From assembly GCA_035708725.1 (NCBI GenBank), contig DASTFH010000003.1:16828-80827 (forward strand): 64,000 bases of DNA, written 5' to 3'. Below, in pieces: positions 10,104-18,110 of the stretch. Below the pieces are notes generated by a model. That model was not told where the DNA came from. It did not search any database and was given only the letters and a program-made list of their open reading frames with translations. The translations under genes and the position numbers were made by a program. The stretch is from Gemmatimonadales bacterium. Lineage in GTDB: Bacteria > Gemmatimonadota > Gemmatimonadetes > Gemmatimonadales > GWC2-71-9. Numbering within the stretch: position 1 is the stretch's first letter; each line of letters starts with the position of its first letter.

Positions 10104-11441
10104 GTGCGGTTCCGGGTTCCGCACCCCATCGCCCTGCTGGTCGGCTGCATCCTGCTCGCGGCCGCAGCCACCTGGATTCTTCCGGCGGGCAGCTTCGAAC
10201 GACATCATGACGACGTGACCGGGCGCGACGTCGTTGTACCCGGCACCTACGCGCGGGTCGAGGCCGCGCCCGTCGGTGCATTCCGGGCGCTCGTGGCGAT
10301 TCCCAAGGGCATTGGCGCGGCGGCGGATGTCGTCGCGTTCGTCTTTCTGGTCGGCGGTGCCTTTGCCGTGGTGGAACAGACCGGCGCGCTGCGCCGGGCG
10401 CTCCGCCGGCTCATCGGCGCCGTGGGCGGGCGCCAGGCGCTGGTCATCCCGATCGTGTGCCTCGCGTTTGCCGCGGGCGGCGCTCTCGAGAACATGCAGG
10501 AAGAGATCATAGCCTTCGTCCCGCTGCTCCTCCTGCTGGTTCGCGGCCTGGGCTTCGATGCCTTAACGGCCTGCGCCATGAGCGTGGGTGCTGCCGCCGT
10601 CGGTTCCGCCTTCAGCCCCGTCAATCCGTTCCAGGTCATCATTGCGCAGAAAGTGGCGCAGCTGCCGCCCGGCTCAGGTGGGGGCTTTCGCCTCGTCGTG
10701 ATGGCGATCTCGCTGGTGCTTTGGATTGCGGGCACCATCTATTACGCCCGGCGCCATCGTGTCACCGCCGAGCCGCTGGTGCTCGAACATGAACATGAGG
10801 TGCACGGGTGGCGGCTGGACCTGATCCTCGTCATGATGCTTGCGGCCCTCGCCATGCTTCCCATCGGGCTGAACCTGCTTGGCTGGGGATTTGACGAGCT
10901 CTCGGCGCTGTTCTTCATCATGGGAGCAGTGGCAGGCCTGCTCGCGGGGATGGGGATCAGCGGCACCAGCGAGGCGTTCGGAGAGGGCTTCCGCCAAATG
11001 GCCGTTGCCGCGCTGGTGATTGGCTTTGCCAAGGCCATTTCGGTGGTGCTGGATCAGGGTCAGGTGCTGGACAGCATCGTCCACGGTCTCGTGACACCGC
11101 TCACCGGCCTGCCGCCAACCGCGTCAGCGATCGCGATGCAAGGCGTCCAGGCGCTGATCCACGTGCCGGTCCCCAGCGTGAGCAGCCAGGCGGTGCTCAC
11201 CATGCCGATCCTCGTTCCGGTCTCCGACCTGCTCGGCATCAGCCGGCAGGTGACGGTGCTGGCGTATCAGTACGGCGCCGGCCTCTGCGAGATCATCACG
11301 CCCACCAATGGCGCACTGATGGCCATCATTGCCGCCGCCGGCGTGCCGTATGAAAAGTGGATCAAGTTCGTGCTGCCGCTGTGGGGAGTGCTGATGCTGC
11401 TGGGGGCGGGGGCGGTGGCGATTGCGATGGGCGTCATGTGA
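10104..11441 (+). CDS. YfcC-family (C4-dicarboxylate anaerobic carrier-like) membrane transporter
   Basis: The N-terminus FRVPHPIALLVGCILLAAAATWILPAGSFER fits the YfcC-type start. Polytopic. GTG at 10104 chosen because the upstream track codons overlap the previous gene; the start is uncertain. Confidence 0.7.
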   Translation: MRFRVPHPIALLVGCILLAAAATWILPAGSFERHHDDVTGRDVVVPGTYARVEAAPVGAFRALVAIPKGIGAAADVVAFVFLVGGAFAVVEQTGALRRALRRLIGAVGGRQALVIPIVCLAFAAGGALENMQEEIIAFVPLLLLLVRGLGFDALTACAMSVGAAAVGSAFSPVNPFQVIIAQKVAQLPPGSGGGFRLVVMAISLVLWIAGTIYYARRHRVTAEPLVLEHEHEVHGWRLDLILVMMLAALAMLPIGLNLLGWGFDELSALFFIMGAVAGLLAGMGISGTSEAFGEGFRQMAVAALVIGFAKAISVVLDQGQVLDSIVHGLVTPLTGLPPTASAIAMQGVQALIHVPVPSVSSQAVLTMPILVPVSDLLGISRQVTVLAYQYGAGLCEIITPTNGALMAIIAAAGVPYEKWIKFVLPLWGVLMLLGAGAVAIAMGVM

Positions 11442-11443
11442 TA

Positions 11444-11569
11444 GGCGGACGAGGCGAACGAGGCGAACGAGGCGGACGAGGCGGACGAGGCGGACGAGGC
11501 GGACGAGGCGGACGAGGCGAGCCGAAGCTTGCCCGCTGGCACCAGTCCGCCCAGTCCGCCCTGTCCGTC
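11444..11569. repeat. Tandem 9-mer array (GGCGRACGA, ~8 copies) followed by inverted GTCCGCC words
   Basis: ggcggacgaggcgaacgaggcgaacgaggcggacga... then cagtccgcccagtccgccctgtccgtc. Lies between convergent genes (YfcC-like and trxC), so a probable long terminator hairpin. Confidence 0.8.
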
Positions 11570-12009
11570 TAGCCGACTAATCCCTCAAGCACCCGCTCAT
11601 CGGCCAGCCCCGTGTGCCGCCCGGACTCCGTGCCGCCGCGGAATGCGATGAGCGTGGGAATCCCGCGAATCCCGAACTTCTGAGCCGTGGCCGGATTGGC
11701 GTCGGTGTCGAGCTTGAGCACCAGCACCTGGCCGGTCCGGGCAGTGGCGAAGCTGTCGAGCGTGGGCGCCATCATCCGGCAGGGGCCGCACCAGTCGGCG
11801 TAGAAGTCCACCAGTACCGGCACGGTGCTCCCCTGGATCACCTTCTCGAAGTCCGCATCAGTCACCTTGATGGGCCGGTCCAGCCGCAAGGGCCTGTGGC
11901 ACTCGGCGCAGGTCGGCTTGTCGGCCAGGCGGGCCATGTTCACCCGGTTGAGCCGGCCGCAGAAAATGCAGCGGGCCACGGCGTGACGTGTGCTCGTTGC
12001 GTCGCTCAT
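11569..12009 (-). CDS. trxC: Thioredoxin 2-type thioredoxin with N-terminal zinc finger
   Basis: CIFCGRLNRV...CAECHRPL zinc finger plus a WCGPC active site. Start at MSDATS, with GGGAGAG upstream. Confidence 0.85.
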   Translation of the reverse strand: MSDATSTRHAVARCIFCGRLNRVNMARLADKPTCAECHRPLRLDRPIKVTDADFEKVIQGSTVPVLVDFYADWCGPCRMMAPTLDSFATARTGQVLVLKLDTDANPATAQKFGIRGIPTLIAFRGGTESGRHTGLADERVLEGLVG

Positions 12010-12137
12010 CACATCTCTCCCGGTGTAGGGGCGGCTCGCAGCCGTACCCCGGCACGGCGAGGCTGCCGCCCGGCACCAATAATGCATCCAGCGGGACGAG
12101 CGGGAAACATTCAGACCGAAACGCGGGTTCCTGAACT

Positions 12138-12560
12138 ATGAGCGAACTGATCATTCGGGAAATCGGCCAGGACGACGATTTCGGCCATTGGTTCCACGAG
12201 CTCCTGGAGCGCGACGACAGCGAGTCCTCCATTGGCCCGTCGGACGACCGCTATCTGGTGCTGAGCAACGAGATCGGCGACTGGATCGGCGGGCTCCGGT
12301 TCTCCCTCAGGGGTGGCGTTGCCCAGCTTATCGAAATCGGCATCTCGCCGGCTGAGCGCAGCCAGGGCCATGCTCACCGCCTGCTGGCGGCCTTCGAGCT
12401 CCGCGCCACCCAGGAAGATGCCCATTTGGCAGAGTTCTGGACTGACGACCTGGGCGCCGAGGGGCTGCTGTCGGCGCTCGGCTGGCACCGGGTGATGCTG
12501 CGGGAGAACTACCTCGGCGGGCGAGCGTGGTTGCTGATGGAGAAAAGGCTGGGGAGTTAG
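12138..12560 (+). CDS. GNAT-family acetyltransferase-like protein
   Basis: 140 aa. VAQLIEIGISPAERSQGHAHRLL resembles GNAT motif A. Weak assignment. Confidence 0.5.
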   Translation: MSELIIREIGQDDDFGHWFHELLERDDSESSIGPSDDRYLVLSNEIGDWIGGLRFSLRGGVAQLIEIGISPAERSQGHAHRLLAAFELRATQEDAHLAEFWTDDLGAEGLLSALGWHRVMLRENYLGGRAWLLMEKRLGS

Positions 12561-12697
12561 TCCTCCGTCGTCGGCTATTGGTCGTCGGTTGACGCTGATG
12601 GCCGACGACCCTCCCGCTGTCCCCCTCCCCCGGATTCCGTTAGTATTCGAGTCTATTCCGGCCCCCGCCGGCGCCGTCCCTCGTGCTCAGGAACGTC

Positions 12698-13672
12698 ATG
12701 GCCCTCACCGATTCCGCCCGCCAGCTGCTCTCCAAAGTCGAAGTCCTCAAGGACCTCGAGGCCAAGGTGCGCCAGCTCATGAGAGCGCACGAGGAGAAGC
12801 GCGAGCTGTGGTTTCCGAGTGAGCTGATCGGGCCCGGCCCGGATGAATGCCCCGAGACGCACCGCGCGGAGCTCAAGAAGCGGGCAGAAGGGATTCCCGA
12901 TGCGGTGCGGGCGGCACTGGCGCTCAATCTTCTGACCGAAGAAGGGCTGCCGCATTTCCACCGCCTGCTCGCCGTGTACCTCGATGACGACAGCTACTGG
13001 CGGTCATGGAACAACCTCTGGACCGCAGAAGAGGACCGGCACGGCCAGGTACTGCACGACTACACCCGCGATGCCGAGCTCTTCAAGCAGCGCCGGCTCG
13101 AGGAGATGCAGTTCGAGTACCTGAAGGCCGGGTTCCATCCGGCGTGGGACAAGGATCCTTACCGGGTCTTTGCCTACACCACGGTGCAGGAGCGCGCCAC
13201 CCAGTTCTCCCATGCAGCCACCGGCCAGCTCATCGCCGAGCATGACGAGCGGCTCGCCATGATTCTCGACCGGATCGCGCGTGAGGAGGCCCGCCATTTT
13301 GCCTTCTACCGCACCATCATGCAGGAAATCCTGGAGCGGGATCCCAACCAGGCGCTCGAGTCGATCGTGCAGGTTCTACCGAGCATCGACATGCCGGGCC
13401 ACAGCATGCCCGGCTTCCGCGAGATCGCTGACGTGATCCGGCGTTCCGGCATCTATGGCCCGCGCGACTACCTGCGCATCGTCCAGGAGCAGATCAAGTT
13501 CTGGAAGATCGAGACGCTCGAGGGGCTCTCGGAGCTGGGCCGCGTGGCCCAGGACAAGATCCTCGCCATTCCGGACCGGCTCCGGCGAGTGGCCGATGCC
13601 ATCGAGACGCGCAGCAAGGCCAAGACCTTCAGCTTCGACGTGGTCTTCAACCGGGAATTCGCCCTCGAATGA
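12698..13672 (+). CDS. Acyl-ACP desaturase (soluble di-iron fatty acid desaturase)
   Basis: Di-iron motifs EEDRHG and EEARH. AGGAA lies upstream of the ATG at 12698. Confidence 0.85.
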   Translation: MALTDSARQLLSKVEVLKDLEAKVRQLMRAHEEKRELWFPSELIGPGPDECPETHRAELKKRAEGIPDAVRAALALNLLTEEGLPHFHRLLAVYLDDDSYWRSWNNLWTAEEDRHGQVLHDYTRDAELFKQRRLEEMQFEYLKAGFHPAWDKDPYRVFAYTTVQERATQFSHAATGQLIAEHDERLAMILDRIAREEARHFAFYRTIMQEILERDPNQALESIVQVLPSIDMPGHSMPGFREIADVIRRSGIYGPRDYLRIVQEQIKFWKIETLEGLSELGRVAQDKILAIPDRLRRVADAIETRSKAKTFSFDVVFNREFALE

Positions 13673-14115
13673 GGCAGGCGTGCGGGCTGGTTGCCGCAAT
13701 GCTCGTCCTGATTTCGTGCGGCAAGGGCGAACCGACCCCCGCACGTGCCGCCACGCCCCGCACCGCTGCTGATTCCGCCGAGGCGGACGCGACGACGCTG
13801 GGCCGGGAGATCTACCACCTGCTTGACCTCGCCTCGGATTATCGCGGTTCGCACCGCGGGCGCCTGCCCCAGACACTCCGCAATCTTGGCATCGACAGCC
13901 TCACCAGCGACATCGCGCGGAGCATCAACGCCAGCGCAGGGCAGTTCACGGCTGGCGCCGCGTTCCGGGATCGCACGGGACACTTCTGGGTCGCCTGCAC
14001 CGGCGAGCTCAAGGTGCTGGAAGACGCCGTGATCGGCGCGGGGCGCTACACGCTGACCTGCATTTCGCCAGCAGGTGAGCCGCACGAGGTCCAGGCTGGC
14101 GGGGCGCTGGACTAG
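13669..14115 (+). CDS. Hypothetical lipoprotein
   Basis: MRQACGLVAAMLVLISCGKG, signal peptide plus lipobox. ATGA overlap with the desaturase stop. Confidence 0.5.
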   Translation: MRQACGLVAAMLVLISCGKGEPTPARAATPRTAADSAEADATTLGREIYHLLDLASDYRGSHRGRLPQTLRNLGIDSLTSDIARSINASAGQFTAGAAFRDRTGHFWVACTGELKVLEDAVIGAGRYTLTCISPAGEPHEVQAGGALD

Positions 14116-14258
14116 CCGATGCCTGTGACGTCATTGCACGCGAAGGCACGAAGGCACGAGGGCGCGGTGTGGCCTTCGGCAGCAACCGCAATTTCCCGGT
14201 TTTCGTGCTGTCGTGCGAGCCACGTTGCCGCAAGCCTCACCTCATCGATTCCAGCCTA

Positions 14259-14840
14259 GTGGCACTTCCGGCGATCTATCTTGGACTGCGGATCGTGGTA
14301 GCCGCCGCGTTTCTCTTCACGCTCGTCGTCGCGTTCACGCACTGGATGGTGCAGCAGCAGAAGCTCGCGCCCTTCAGTGCGTGGCCCAGGGCCATCCGGC
14401 GGGTGAGCGATCCGCTGCTGCGGCCGATCGAGCGGCGGCTGCTGCGCTCGGGCGGCAATCCCCAGAATGCTCCCCTCTGGCTCGCTGGACTCACGCTCGC
14501 CTCTGGCCTGATTGTGCTCTGGCTCTTCCGGTGGGTCGTTGGGGCCATCGTCTCGCTGGCCTACGCAGCCCAGGGCGGCCCCCGCTTCTGGGTCGCGCAG
14601 GTGGTGCACTGGACGTTCTCCATCGTGGAGATCGCACTGATCGTGCGGGTGCTGGGCAGCTGGATCGGTGCGAACGAGCACTCCAGGTGGATGCGCCCAT
14701 GCGTGTTGCTCACCGAATGGCTGCTGGTCCCGCTCCGCCGCTTTGTCCCGCCACTGGGCATGATCGACATCACGCCGCTGATTGCCTACTTCCTGCTTGT
14801 GCTCGCGGAACGGGCGGCGTTGGGGATACTGCTGTCGTAG
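14259..14840 (+). CDS. YggT-family membrane protein (two YggT repeats)
   Basis: Two YggT-like repeats (...DPLLRPIERRL... and ...LTEWLLVPLRRFVPPLGMIDITPLIAYFLL). Followed by yggU as in many genomes. The GTG start is uncertain (track ORF begins at 14169). Confidence 0.6.
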   Translation: MALPAIYLGLRIVVAAAFLFTLVVAFTHWMVQQQKLAPFSAWPRAIRRVSDPLLRPIERRLLRSGGNPQNAPLWLAGLTLASGLIVLWLFRWVVGAIVSLAYAAQGGPRFWVAQVVHWTFSIVEIALIVRVLGSWIGANEHSRWMRPCVLLTEWLLVPLRRFVPPLGMIDITPLIAYFLLVLAERAALGILLS

Positions 14841-14880
14841 GTCGTAGATCGTATGCCGTACGACTTATGAGTTCTGACTT

Positions 14881-15120
14881 ATGACTGACCTCACCCTCAC
14901 CATCCTCGTCCAGCCCCGCGCCTCGCGCAGTGAGATCGTCGGCCCGCATGGTGACGCGCTCAAGGTGCGCCTGGCGGCGCCGCCGGTGGATGGAGCGGCC
15001 AACGAGGAACTGGTGCGGCTGCTGGCGAAGGAGTATGGGGTTCCGAAAAGCGCTATTGCAATTGTGGCTGGGCTGTCATCCCGAAGGAAGACAGTACGGG
15101 TGCGCGGCGCTGGGCGCTAG
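14881..15120 (+). CDS. DUF167 (YggU) family protein
   Basis: [44 protein letters not shown] is typical of YggU. Confidence 0.8.
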   Translation: MTDLTLTILVQPRASRSEIVGPHGDALKVRLAAPPVDGAANEELVRLLAKEYGVPKSAIAIVAGLSSRRKTVRVRGAGR

Positions 15121-15146
15121 GCGCGAGGCGCACAGCGGTCAGCGCT

Positions 15147-18110
15147 TCACTCCAGTGCCGCCGCCTCCGCCCTGATGCGGTCCACCTCCGGCTGTAGCGC
15201 CGGCTCGGGATGCGCGCGGAGCGCCAGGTAGTGACCGTACGCCGCACGGGCCTTCGCCTTGTCACCCGTGAGACTCGCGAGTCGGCCTTCCTCGCGGTAC
15301 AGCGTTGAGAGGGCCACCTGTACCCGTTGCGCGCCCGCGTCGGCCACGGGCGCCCGGCGCTCGACCACGCCGAGCCCCTTGGAGTAGTCGCCGAGTTCGG
15401 AGTAGAGCTCTGCCAGGGTCAGGTTCCCCAGCGTCACAGCCCAGGAGTTCAGGTACGGGTCGAGCACGCGGGGTGAGTCGAGCGCCGCCACCAGGCGCGG
15501 AGCCTCGGGGCTGTGGCGGTAGACCGCCCGTCGGGCCTCCAGCACTCGCAGGCAAATATCCACCACATCGTCGCGCTCCTCCGGTGCCACCCGCTCGAGC
15601 ACGGCAACCAGCGGCGGGATCCGATCCCATTCGCCGTGAGCGGCACGCCAGAGCGCCAGCCCGACGGCAGCAAGCTGTTGATCAGGAGTCGGCACGGCGC
15701 GCCCCGCGGCCAGTACTTCGAGCCCGGGTTCAGACCGTGCGATGGTTGCGGCGGCAAGGGTGGTATCGCCGTCCCAGTAGAGCGCGGAGAAGATGGTCGC
15801 GAAATCGTGATACAGGCCGGTCGCATCGGCAGCGGTCGCGGCCTGCATGAGCCGGGCAGCTTCCGAGGGCCTGCCCTGATTGAGCGCCAGCTCCGCCTGG
15901 CGCTGGAAGGCCCGAATGAGGTCGTGCGCGGCACCACTGCGCCGCTGCAGTTCGCGCGCCGCCGCCACCGCATCATCGAGCCCCACGCCTTCCACTTCTG
16001 CAGCTGAGATGAGCCGATCCAGCGTGGCATAGCTCTGCGATGCCATGGCACTCCGGAAGCTCTTCAGCGCCGTGGTATCACCCAGGGATGCGGCAATCAG
16101 CCAGCGGTAGTATTCGGCAAGATCGCCATCCGGATCCAGCGCCAGGTAGCGGCCTCCGAGACGCCGCACGCTCGCCGTGTCGCCGCGCGCCGCCTCGATC
16201 TCGAGCAGATGACCCAGCGCCGGCACATACGTCGAGTCGATGTCCAGCGCCTTCCGAAAGGCCGCGGCGGCCCGGTCACGTGCTCCCGCCAAGCCCGCCC
16301 AGGTCTGCTGGTTGAGCACCAGGCCGAACTGCAGCCAGATGTCGGGCCGCCTCGGGGCCGTGGTCGCCATCTCGCACAGGGAGTAATAGGCCATGGTATC
16401 CCGCACGGCGATCGGGACGCTCTCCGGCAGGAATTCCCGATTGAGGCAGGGAAGGAAGCGTGCATCCGTCATGGGCAGGTCGGCCTTGCGGGCCTTGAGC
16501 CAGCGGGTCACCGAATCAACGCCACGGTTGTTGGACAGCTGCCCCGCCATGAGCCAGCCGATGCCCGCCACGACAAGTGACGAGTCCTGTTCAATCGCGT
16601 CGGCATAATGCGACGCGGCGGCAGCGTAGTGCCCGCTCCCAAACTCATGTTCCGCCTGGAGAAAGGCACGCAGCGCTGGCAGCGCCGACTGCCGCATGGC
16701 GGCACGCTGCTCGGCTGGTTGTCCCGCGAGCGAGATGAGAAGTCCGGCGGCAAGCTGATCCGCAAGCGGGCCAAGCCGACTCATGGTGCCGCCCACCCCT
16801 GCCACGCTGGCCAGCTCCGCTCCATCACTGGATGATTCGATCGTTGCCGTAACGTTGAGCGAGTCACCCGAGGTGAGCACTTGCCCGCGCAGCATCAGGC
16901 CGCTTCCCAATGCCATTGCAAGCTCCCGAACATGCCGCTGGTCCAGCACGCCTGGCGCCAGGTCGAAGCGCCGCAGTGCCGCCTGCACGCCGGATGGTTC
17001 CGCCGCGCGCGGCCCGCCCTGTCCCGTGAAGCGCTCGGCGAGCAGGTTGGCCAGCGCGAGCCCGGCGGCGGCGGCTTGCGAGTCGCCGGGATTGGCTGGG
17101 GTTAGCGGCAGGATGGCGACGCGATCTGGGTCGAGCGGCGGGGTCCGGCGATGGCTGGCGACCAGGCGCCATGCGAGGATGGCGCCGACGATGGACACCA
17201 GGAGCGCGGCCGCGATGAGCCAGGGGCGCCGCCGCCGCAGCCGCGGCACGGCAAGCGACGCGCGGCTCCAGGCGGGAAATGATTCGCCCCTGAGGACCCG
17301 CGCAAGCTCTCCCGAACTGGAGAATCGGTCGGCCGGGTTCTTGGCCAGCGCCCGGTGGATTGCCCCCTCGACGATCTCGGGCACCACATCGCGCACGGCC
17401 CGAATGCTGGGAACCCGTTCCACGGCGTGGCGAGCAAACACCTGCTGCACCGACGCGCCGGTGAATGGCGGTTCGCCAACCAGCATCTCGTACAACACGC
17501 AGCCGAGACTGTACTGATCGGAGCGCGGATCAAGCCGCGCGGAGCTGCCGACCTGCTCCGGGCTCATGTACATCGGCGTGCCGACGACGAGCCCCGAGGA
17601 GGTCAGCACTCCCTGGTCCTGTTCCAGGGCGTGAGCCAGGCCGAAATCTGCGACGAGCGCGTGCCCGCCACTCAGGAGAATGTTGCCCGGCTTGATATCA
17701 CGATGGACCACGCCCTCCTTGCCGGCGTAGTCGAGCGCGTCGGCCACTTCGGCGCCGATGGCGAGCGCATCCTCGAGTGGCAACGGTCCTTCCCGCCGAA
17801 GCCGCGCCGCGAGCGACTCGCCCTTGATGACAGGCATGACATAGAACAGCAGGCCGTCGGCATCGCCACTGTCGTACAGCGGGACGATGCCCGGGTGGCT
17901 CAGCCGCGCCGCCACCCGGACTTCGCGAACGAACCGCTGATGCCCGAGGGATGCGGCGAGTTCAGGGGAGAGCACCTTGACGGCAACGTCACGATCGTGA
18001 CGAAGATCATGTGCCAGGAAGACGACCGCCATGCCGCCCCGCCCCAGCTCGCCCTGGACGGTGTAGCGATCGCCGAGGGCGTGCGCGAGTCGGTCGAGAA
18101 GTTCACTCAT
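15147..18110 (-). CDS. Membrane Ser/Thr protein kinase with a large extracytoplasmic TPR-containing region
   Basis: Start at MSELLDRLAHALGDRYTVQGELGRGGMAVV. Kinase motifs VAVK, HRDIKPGN, DFG, SPEQ. One TM segment (PWLIAAALLVSIVGAILAWRLV), then ~650 aa with TPR-like repeats. Its ATG overlaps the upstream stop by 8 nt (ATGAGTGA). Confidence 0.85.
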   Translation of the reverse strand: MSELLDRLAHALGDRYTVQGELGRGGMAVVFLAHDLRHDRDVAVKVLSPELAASLGHQRFVREVRVAARLSHPGIVPLYDSGDADGLLFYVMPVIKGESLAARLRREGPLPLEDALAIGAEVADALDYAGKEGVVHRDIKPGNILLSGGHALVADFGLAHALEQDQGVLTSSGLVVGTPMYMSPEQVGSSARLDPRSDQYSLGCVLYEMLVGEPPFTGASVQQVFARHAVERVPSIRAVRDVVPEIVEGAIHRALAKNPADRFSSSGELARVLRGESFPAWSRASLAVPRLRRRRPWLIAAALLVSIVGAILAWRLVASHRRTPPLDPDRVAILPLTPANPGDSQAAAAGLALANLLAERFTGQGGPRAAEPSGVQAALRRFDLAPGVLDQRHVRELAMALGSGLMLRGQVLTSGDSLNVTATIESSSDGAELASVAGVGGTMSRLGPLADQLAAGLLISLAGQPAEQRAAMRQSALPALRAFLQAEHEFGSGHYAAAASHYADAIEQDSSLVVAGIGWLMAGQLSNNRGVDSVTRWLKARKADLPMTDARFLPCLNREFLPESVPIAVRDTMAYYSLCEMATTAPRRPDIWLQFGLVLNQQTWAGLAGARDRAAAAFRKALDIDSTYVPALGHLLEIEAARGDTASVRRLGGRYLALDPDGDLAEYYRWLIAASLGDTTALKSFRSAMASQSYATLDRLISAAEVEGVGLDDAVAAARELQRRSGAAHDLIRAFQRQAELALNQGRPSEAARLMQAATAADATGLYHDFATIFSALYWDGDTTLAAATIARSEPGLEVLAAGRAVPTPDQQLAAVGLALWRAAHGEWDRIPPLVAVLERVAPEERDDVVDICLRVLEARRAVYRHSPEAPRLVAALDSPRVLDPYLNSWAVTLGNLTLAELYSELGDYSKGLGVVERRAPVADAGAQRVQVALSTLYREEGRLASLTGDKAKARAAYGHYLALRAHPEPALQPEVDRIRAEAAALE

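Noticed and set aside
11444-11520. Regularly spaced short repeats that could be mistaken for CRISPR arrays (also at 47281-47337 and 58846-58958).
   Set aside because: The units are 6-9 bp, directly abutting with no spacers, and no cas genes are present. These are simple tandem word arrays, not CRISPR.
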